Notes under the pieces: generated by a model
The model's database searches: none
What the model saw: the letters and a program-made list of their open reading frames with translations, nothing else
What the model was told of the DNA's origin: nothing
Program-made: the position numbers and the translations under genes
Assembly (NCBI GenBank): GCA_014239585.1
Contig: JAAZYP010000001.1
Coordinates: 111,421-175,420 of the forward strand
Origin: Nanobdellota archaeon
GTDB taxonomy: Archaea > Nanobdellota > Nanobdellia > UBA10117 > ARS21
Length of the DNA: 64,000 nucleotides
Direction of reading: 5' to 3'
Part shown: piece by piece, positions 59,708-64,000 of the stretch
How positions within the stretch are numbered: the first letter of the stretch is position 1
Layout: each line of letters opens with the position of its first letter

Positions 59708-59721
59708 CTGCCGCCTACATA
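59708..59721. repeat. attR-like copy of CTGCCGCCTACATA
   Basis: Matches the tRNA-Leu 3' end at 57171..57184. Confidence 0.5.
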
Positions 59722-59723
59722 TC

Positions 59724-59781
59724 ACTTTTAGGAAAAGTGATGTCAAAAACTCAAACTTTTAGGAAAAGTGATGTCAAAAAC
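59724..59781. promoter_or_regulatory. two 27-bp direct repeats ACTTTTAGGAAAAGTGATGTCAAAAAC, each containing palindrome TCACTTTT-agg-AAAAGTGA (putative paired operators)
   Basis: Copies at 59724-59750 and 59755-59781, immediately upstream of the gene at 59811. Confidence 0.5.
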
Positions 59782-59810
59782 ATTTTATTCTAGAATTGAT
59801 TTCTTTCTGT

Positions 59811-60401
59811 ATGAATTCCGAAATTATTGTACTTGCAGGCGCATCGCTTGGAGCAATTGCGATTTCTGCAATAAGTGCCGGTTTAGTTAAAAAATATGAT
59901 CCGAATCAAATTTTATATTGGCATTTGAATCGAAAAGGTGATGTAGAGGGATATGAAAATGCAGCCAGAGAATCAAGAATATTATTATCAGGTAAACATG
60001 ATCGATACGGTAAAGGCATGGTTACTGGAATTTTGGCGAGAGGAACATTAAAAGAAATTAAGGATAAATTAACTGAATATATTCATCGTGAAAGGTTGAT
60101 TTTAAGAGTAAAACGTTCTGGAGAAGATTCAATTCAGATAAATATTATTGATTCACGAATAAGTAGATTAAATGAAAATGAATTAAGTTCTGCTGAACAA
60201 GAAAGATATATTCGAGTTTATCAGCAAGTAATAACTGAAAGTCAAGAAGTATTACATGGATTACAGTATGATGCTGAAGTAGGTAATGTATCAAGTTATC
60301 ATTCTCGAGTACGACGAATCATTCGTGAAGGTATAATTTCGGGAAAATCTGACCACGAAATTATTTTATTTTGTAGAAAAACACAATTTGCTAATTATTA
60401 G
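59811..60401 (+). CDS. hypothetical protein with N-terminal TM helix
   Basis: ATG 59811 (MNSEIIVLAG...); the track ORF begins at an upstream TTG at 59796. Confidence 0.5.
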   Translation: MNSEIIVLAGASLGAIAISAISAGLVKKYDPNQILYWHLNRKGDVEGYENAARESRILLSGKHDRYGKGMVTGILARGTLKEIKDKLTEYIHRERLILRVKRSGEDSIQINIIDSRISRLNENELSSAEQERYIRVYQQVITESQEVLHGLQYDAEVGNVSSYHSRVRRIIREGIISGKSDHEIILFCRKTQFANY

Positions 60402-60443
60402 TCACTTAGTTAGCTTTTTAAATAAAAATAAAAACAGCGAATT

Positions 60444-60608
60444 ATGGTAGAACAAAAAGACAATCACTTTGTATGTAACTTGTGTAAATACAAATATCCT
60501 GCAAAAGAACACGCAGAAACATGTGAAGATAATTGCCGATCTGGAACTTTTGATCCGGAACTTGAAAGTTGGGGGATACCCCCTGAACAAGAGCAAGCTT
60601 TAAATTAA
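60444..60608 (+). CDS. small zinc-ribbon protein, 54 aa
   Basis: MVEQKDNHFVCNLCKYKYPAKEHAETCEDNCRSG...; CxxC...CxxxC. Confidence 0.35.
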   Translation: MVEQKDNHFVCNLCKYKYPAKEHAETCEDNCRSGTFDPELESWGIPPEQEQALN

Positions 60609-60627
60609 AATTGCTCAATTATTAACC

Positions 60628-60900
60628 ATGAAAATAAAAAAGAAGACTCTAATTTACATACTTTTAGTTATGGCAATTGGATTTTTGGCATCAAATTATG
60701 AACCCGCTCCTGAAGTTACAAGCATAATAATAACTGCTGAAACTGAGATTATTGACAATAAAGTCTTACAACGATATCAAGTCGGAAATAATGAAATCTG
60801 TCAAACTGATTGTAAACTTTACTCAACGCAAAATGATGTTGAATATGTTACCGCAATCGTCAGAGTCTGGGGACAATGTAATTGTCGGGTGATTGGATGA
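60628..60900 (+). CDS. small secreted/membrane-anchored Cys-containing protein
   Basis: N-terminal hydrophobic signal/anchor, then CQTDC...CNC. Confidence 0.4.
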   Translation: MKIKKKTLIYILLVMAIGFLASNYEPAPEVTSIIITAETEIIDNKVLQRYQVGNNEICQTDCKLYSTQNDVEYVTAIVRVWGQCNCRVIG

Positions 60901-61301
60901 GAAAACCGAAATCAATGTCTGAATTAATTTATTTTACTCGTAGAAATGATGAATTTGGTCAATTGAAAGTCTACGTTTTCAAAGAAAAATGTTCTGAATG
61001 TGGCAAAGTCAATATGGGTAAACCGATAAATCCAAAAACTGGTAAAGTAAAATCTCGATCAAAGGAATATGTTTGTTCTGAATGCGAACATAGTGTCGAA
61101 AAGGAAGAATACGAGGATTCTTTGACTGCATCAATTGAATATACTTGTCCTGAAGGACATTCTGGTGAAATTGAAATTCCTTTTGAACGGAAAAGACTTC
61201 CTATTCGAAATTTGAAAACTGGAAAAAACAAATACAAACCTGGAGTTAAATTCAATTGTCCTACTTGCGATTTTGAAATTAAAATTGTCAAACTTAAGTA
61301 A
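60897..61301 (+). CDS. multi-CxxC zinc-ribbon protein
   Basis: Four CxxC pairs (CSECG, CSECE, CPEGH, CPTCD); ATG 60897 is in frame with track ORF 60882..61301. Confidence 0.5.
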   Translation: MRKPKSMSELIYFTRRNDEFGQLKVYVFKEKCSECGKVNMGKPINPKTGKVKSRSKEYVCSECEHSVEKEEYEDSLTASIEYTCPEGHSGEIEIPFERKRLPIRNLKTGKNKYKPGVKFNCPTCDFEIKIVKLK

Positions 61302-61336
61302 GATTTAAAAACCTAAATTCTACATAACATTAATAT

Positions 61337-61447
61337 GCCTCGGTAGCTCAGTTTGGTAGAGCGCTGCATTGGTAACGCAAAGAATCCTTCGCGGATTGGC
61401 TTGCGCCAATAATGCAGAGGCCGCGAGTTCAAATCCCGCCTGGGGCA
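61337..61447 (+). tRNA. tRNA-Thr (anticodon GGT) with 37-nt intron at canonical 37/38 position
   Basis: Acceptor GCCUCGG/CUGGGGC (two G-U pairs), D-arm AGCUCAGUUUGGUAGAGC, anticodon stem CUGCA...UGCAG interrupted by intron 61375..61411, T-loop UUCAAAU. Confidence 0.7.
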
Positions 61448-61448
61448 T
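61438..61448. repeat. GCCTGGGGCAT (tRNA-Thr 3' end), repeated exactly at 62492..62502
   Basis: 11-bp GC-rich direct repeat bracketing a 1.05-kb segment that carries only the FkbM methyltransferase gene. Confidence 0.4.
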
Positions 61449-61532
61449 CCATCGAACAGTACACATTACTAACCTCTTTTAAGTTTTTACAAACTTAGAA
61501 GCATACTTGGTTTTAGTCTTACCTAAAAAAAA

Positions 61533-62429
61533 ATGAAAAAGTTTGTTTGTTTGTTTGAGGATTTTTCGAAAAAATATTTTTCGAAAAAGATAATACTCCT
61601 TCTCGGGTTAATTCCTCGAACTTATTTTAAAATTAATAAACTTATTTCAGATTATAAATTAAGCGAAATATATTCTCCAATATATCAAAAAATTGAGTAT
61701 GGTGGTAAATTTTTTTACATATTATTAGATAAAACTAATGGCGGAGTGGATAGAGATATCTTACTGAATGGAGTTTATGAAGCGGATATTATGAAAATTT
61801 TAGATGAAAATTTGAAAGTAGGAATGAATTTTGTAGATATTGGATCAAATATTGGGTATCATTCCCTGTTTGTTTCTAAAATTATTGGTCCGAAAGGGAA
61901 AATTTTTTCATTTGAGCCAATTAAACGAGTCTATAATCAGTTCGAAAAATCTATTTCGAAAAATAAATTTAAAAATATATACGCATATAATTTTGCCATA
62001 GGGACTAGAAATAAAATATCAAAAATATATATCAATGAAAATAATGTTGGGGGGTCATCACTCATTAACAAAACTAAAACTTTTGAATCTATTAAAACTA
62101 AAACTCCGGATAAACTATTATCTGACCATAAAATTGATTTTATAAAAATTGATGTTGAAGGTTATGAATATTATGTGTTGAAAAGTTTGGAAAAAATAAT
62201 TACTGCCGATTTACCCAACATGTTGATAGAATATAGTCCGATTTTTTATGATAAAATCAACATAGATATGAAGAAGAATCTTATTAAATTATTAAAAAAA
62301 TGGAATTATGTTTTATTTGATGTTGATGCAGATAAATTAATCTCTGATTCAGAAAAGTTTGTTGTTAATTTTAAACGAAATCAGACAAATTTATTTTGTA
62401 TGATAGAGCCTAGAGAAAAGCAAAAGTAA
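61533..62429 (+). CDS. FkbM-family SAM-dependent methyltransferase
   Basis: FVDIGSNIGYHSLF (FkbM motif I), 298 aa. Confidence 0.6.
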   Translation: MKKFVCLFEDFSKKYFSKKIILLLGLIPRTYFKINKLISDYKLSEIYSPIYQKIEYGGKFFYILLDKTNGGVDRDILLNGVYEADIMKILDENLKVGMNFVDIGSNIGYHSLFVSKIIGPKGKIFSFEPIKRVYNQFEKSISKNKFKNIYAYNFAIGTRNKISKIYINENNVGGSSLINKTKTFESIKTKTPDKLLSDHKIDFIKIDVEGYEYYVLKSLEKIITADLPNMLIEYSPIFYDKINIDMKKNLIKLLKKWNYVLFDVDADKLISDSEKFVVNFKRNQTNLFCMIEPREKQK

Positions 62430-62491
62430 TAGTTACTACGTAAGACTCACCAAACATATGGTAGTGATGTGTACTCTTTGAGGCATGCTTG

Positions 62492-62520
62492 CCTGGGGCA
62501 TTCAAAACCTTGATAAATAC
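62492..62520 (+). promoter_or_regulatory. att-like repeat GCCTGGGGCAT immediately followed by promoter motif copy 4 ATTCAAAACCTTGATAAATA
   Basis: Motif copy 4 at 62501..62520, 18 bp upstream of ATG 62539. Confidence 0.45.
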
Positions 62521-62538
62521 TTATCGATATACTTACTG

Positions 62539-62652
62539 ATGGAATGTAAAACACCATTATGTAGTGGAAATTGCCATTGCAATAAGGATCAAGGACACGA
62601 AGGGTTACATTATTGTCCTACTTGCAAAGGTGAAAGAAAAGCATCTAACTAA
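62539..62652 (+). CDS. Cys/His-rich mini-protein, 37 aa
   Basis: MECKTPLCSGNCHCNKDQGHEGLHYCPTCKGERKASN, downstream of motif copy 4 with leaderless spacing. Confidence 0.35.
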   Translation: MECKTPLCSGNCHCNKDQGHEGLHYCPTCKGERKASN

Positions 62653-62783
62653 ATTAGAGTTCTGATTAACTATTCTTTAAAAAAAATAAAAATGGATTGA
62701 ACACTTTCTGTTCAAATCCTACGTTGCAATTTTAGACTAGTCTAAAACTACTTTTACTACTAATATGAGATTTCTCCCTAATA

Positions 62784-62921
62784 TTATCTTCGTTGTTTGG
62801 AGAAACAATCTCTACAAAAAACATCTCTTCCTTCAGTAGGTTTGAATGGTACTTCGCATTCTTCCTTACATCCGCTACAAGTTGTCTTGTGCATTGTTCT
62901 CTCAGATCTAAAATCTGCCAT
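62784..62921 (-). CDS. zinc-ribbon mini-protein, 45 aa
   Basis: MADFRSERTMHKTTCSGCKEECEVPFKPTEGRDVFCRDCFSKQRR (CxxC...CxxC). Preferred over the antisense track ORF 62793..63008. Confidence 0.35.
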   Translation of the reverse strand: MADFRSERTMHKTTCSGCKEECEVPFKPTEGRDVFCRDCFSKQRR

Positions 62922-63026
62922 GGCTTTCTCCGTAAATCACCCTATATAAGGCTTACCTTTTTGAAACATCCTTGTTGTATATCGAATTATCAAAGCTTTA
63001 TATATTAGCAATGCCTAAAAACGGGT

Positions 63027-63410
63027 GTGGGCGGTACATTTTTTAGAAAAGCTAATTTGGAAGAACGATTGAATGAAACAGTAACTGATGTTCCGTTGAC
63101 GGATTCTGTTCCAAATGAGACTCCAACCTTGAAGGAAATTTATATTGAGATTGGCAAAGACATGCGTTCTGATTTTTATGCTTCAGATTTCGGTAAAAAA
63201 TGGAATAATCTATATGAACGATTAGATCTTAATGAGTATCTGGATCTCATTAGCGTTGATAATCTATATTCTGCACTCAATAACTGGGGAAATAAAATTT
63301 TAGGAGAATTAGATTGGCAACAATTTATGGAATATGGCGCAACTCCAATTGCTTCTGCCAGTGCATTTACGGCAGGAAGTTTACTTTGCTACGTAACTAA
63401 TTTAAAATAA
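63027..63410 (+). CDS. hypothetical protein
   Basis: 127-aa ORF; the track start is a GTG. Confidence 0.35.
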   Translation: MGGTFFRKANLEERLNETVTDVPLTDSVPNETPTLKEIYIEIGKDMRSDFYASDFGKKWNNLYERLDLNEYLDLISVDNLYSALNNWGNKILGELDWQQFMEYGATPIASASAFTAGSLLCYVTNLK

Positions 63411-63427
63411 CAGGGTTATACAACTAA

Positions 63428-63964
63428 ATGAAAGTTATCGGTATCACAGGTAAAATGGGTTCTGGAAAAGATACTGTTGCAAAATATCTGGTCAAAAATA
63501 AAGGTTACAAATCAATAAGCATTAGCAATTTTATTCGGAAGGAAGCCAAAAAATCTAAATTAACTCTTACTCGATCAAATCTCTCTAAAATTTCTAAAAA
63601 ATTTACTGATAAATTTGGTAAAACATATTGGTCAGAGTGTGCATTAAAGACACTAAACCGAATGAAAGGAGATAAATTTGTTATTACTGGAATTAGACGA
63701 TTAGAAGATTATGATGCAATAAAGTCTTCAGTCAAAGCTTTCAAACTTTATTCTTTAATTACTGCTCCTGCTTTGAGATTTGAACGAATCAAAGAACGCT
63801 CTCGACCCGGAAATCCTGAAACATATATCCGATTTAAAATTCAAGAAGAAGAGGAATTAGAATTATATCAAAATTTTGAAGAAACTATGGAATTGTCTAA
63901 AAGTAAAATTGAAAATAATGAATCTCTTGAAGAATTGTATCAACTCTTAGATAAATTATTTTAG
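63428..63964 (+). CDS. P-loop kinase resembling phage-type deoxynucleoside-monophosphate kinase
   Basis: N-terminal MKVIGITGKMGSGKDT resembles the T4 Dnk-like G-x-x-GSGKDT Walker A; 178 aa. Confidence 0.45.
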   Translation: MKVIGITGKMGSGKDTVAKYLVKNKGYKSISISNFIRKEAKKSKLTLTRSNLSKISKKFTDKFGKTYWSECALKTLNRMKGDKFVITGIRRLEDYDAIKSSVKAFKLYSLITAPALRFERIKERSRPGNPETYIRFKIQEEEELELYQNFEETMELSKSKIENNESLEELYQLLDKLF

Positions 63965-64000
63965 AAGAAATCTTTATATTGCTTGACCAGTAATCTAATT

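Larger units (their letters stand above)
57183..59721. mobile_element. putative integrated element remnant (about 2.5 kb) in tRNA-Leu, no integrase
   Basis: Bounded by the tRNA-Leu 3' end and its 14-bp direct repeat. It contains only small ORFans, a duplicated promoter motif and a terminal palindrome. Confidence 0.4.

Noticed and set aside
57183-59721. Searched the att-bounded segment for an integrase, transposase or split SSV-type int fragments
   Set aside because: No ORF shows tyrosine-recombinase (R...HxxR...Y) or DDE motifs. The element is therefore called only as a remnant/cargo with moderate confidence.
62793-63008. 71-aa plus-strand track ORF
   Set aside because: The opposite strand encodes a CxxC...CxxC zinc-ribbon mini-protein (62784..62921); the plus frame is featureless.
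1-64000. CRISPR arrays, rRNA genes, RNase P/SRP RNA
   Set aside because: No regularly spaced direct repeats with unique spacers were seen. The only tandem repeats are the 43-bp promoter duplication (58601-58684) and the paired 27-bp operators (59724-59781). No rRNA-like GC-rich long stretch is present.

Overview
This is an AT-rich (about 30% GC) archaeal chromosomal segment. Evidence for Archaea: a histone-fold gene, aRF1, TFIIB, class I LysRS, Sm-like protein, Alba, ribosomal proteins L37e/S8e/L35Ae/S6e/S17e/L30e, and a split rpoB (B''/B') in the canonical rpoH-rpoB2-rpoB1-rpoA1-rpoA2-L30e-NusA operon. Composition and gene content suggest a small-genome, DPANN-like or low-GC euryarchaeal lineage; this is inference. 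Roughly 0-33 kb and 41-54.6 kb are informational core: aaRS genes (Val, Phe alpha/beta, Lys), aIF5B, S12/S7/S6e, Trm1, dCTP deaminase, Ndk, GlmS, the RNAP operon, helicases, and tRNAs Ile, Lys, Asp, Arg. Two accessory stretches stand out. (1) 33.6-41.2 kb, between a CBS/membrane gene pair and NusA, holds a tight plus-strand operon of three uncharacterised proteins plus a KNTase-like nucleotidyltransferase. One of the three is a xylose-isomerase/EndoIV-like TIM barrel split by a roughly 340-aa coiled-coil insertion. Next comes a 189-aa ORF with host-like codon usage but essentially no lysine, then a second, 602-aa paralogous nucleotidyltransferase. This is my best candidate for an undescribed system. 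(2) 54.7-64 kb is a mobile or viral-type island. It has tRNA-Leu and intron-containing tRNA-Thr, each followed 1-2.5 kb downstream by a short direct repeat of its own 3' end (att-like, no integrase seen). It also has an HNH endonuclease, a phage-type dNMP-kinase-like P-loop protein, an FkbM methyltransferase, a 20-bp promoter motif reused with fixed spacing upstream of leaderless small genes, paired palindromic operator repeats, and many Cys-rich mini-ORFs. No CRISPR array, rRNA or recognisable integrase/transposase was found. All calls rest on motif recognition by eye; no database search was possible.
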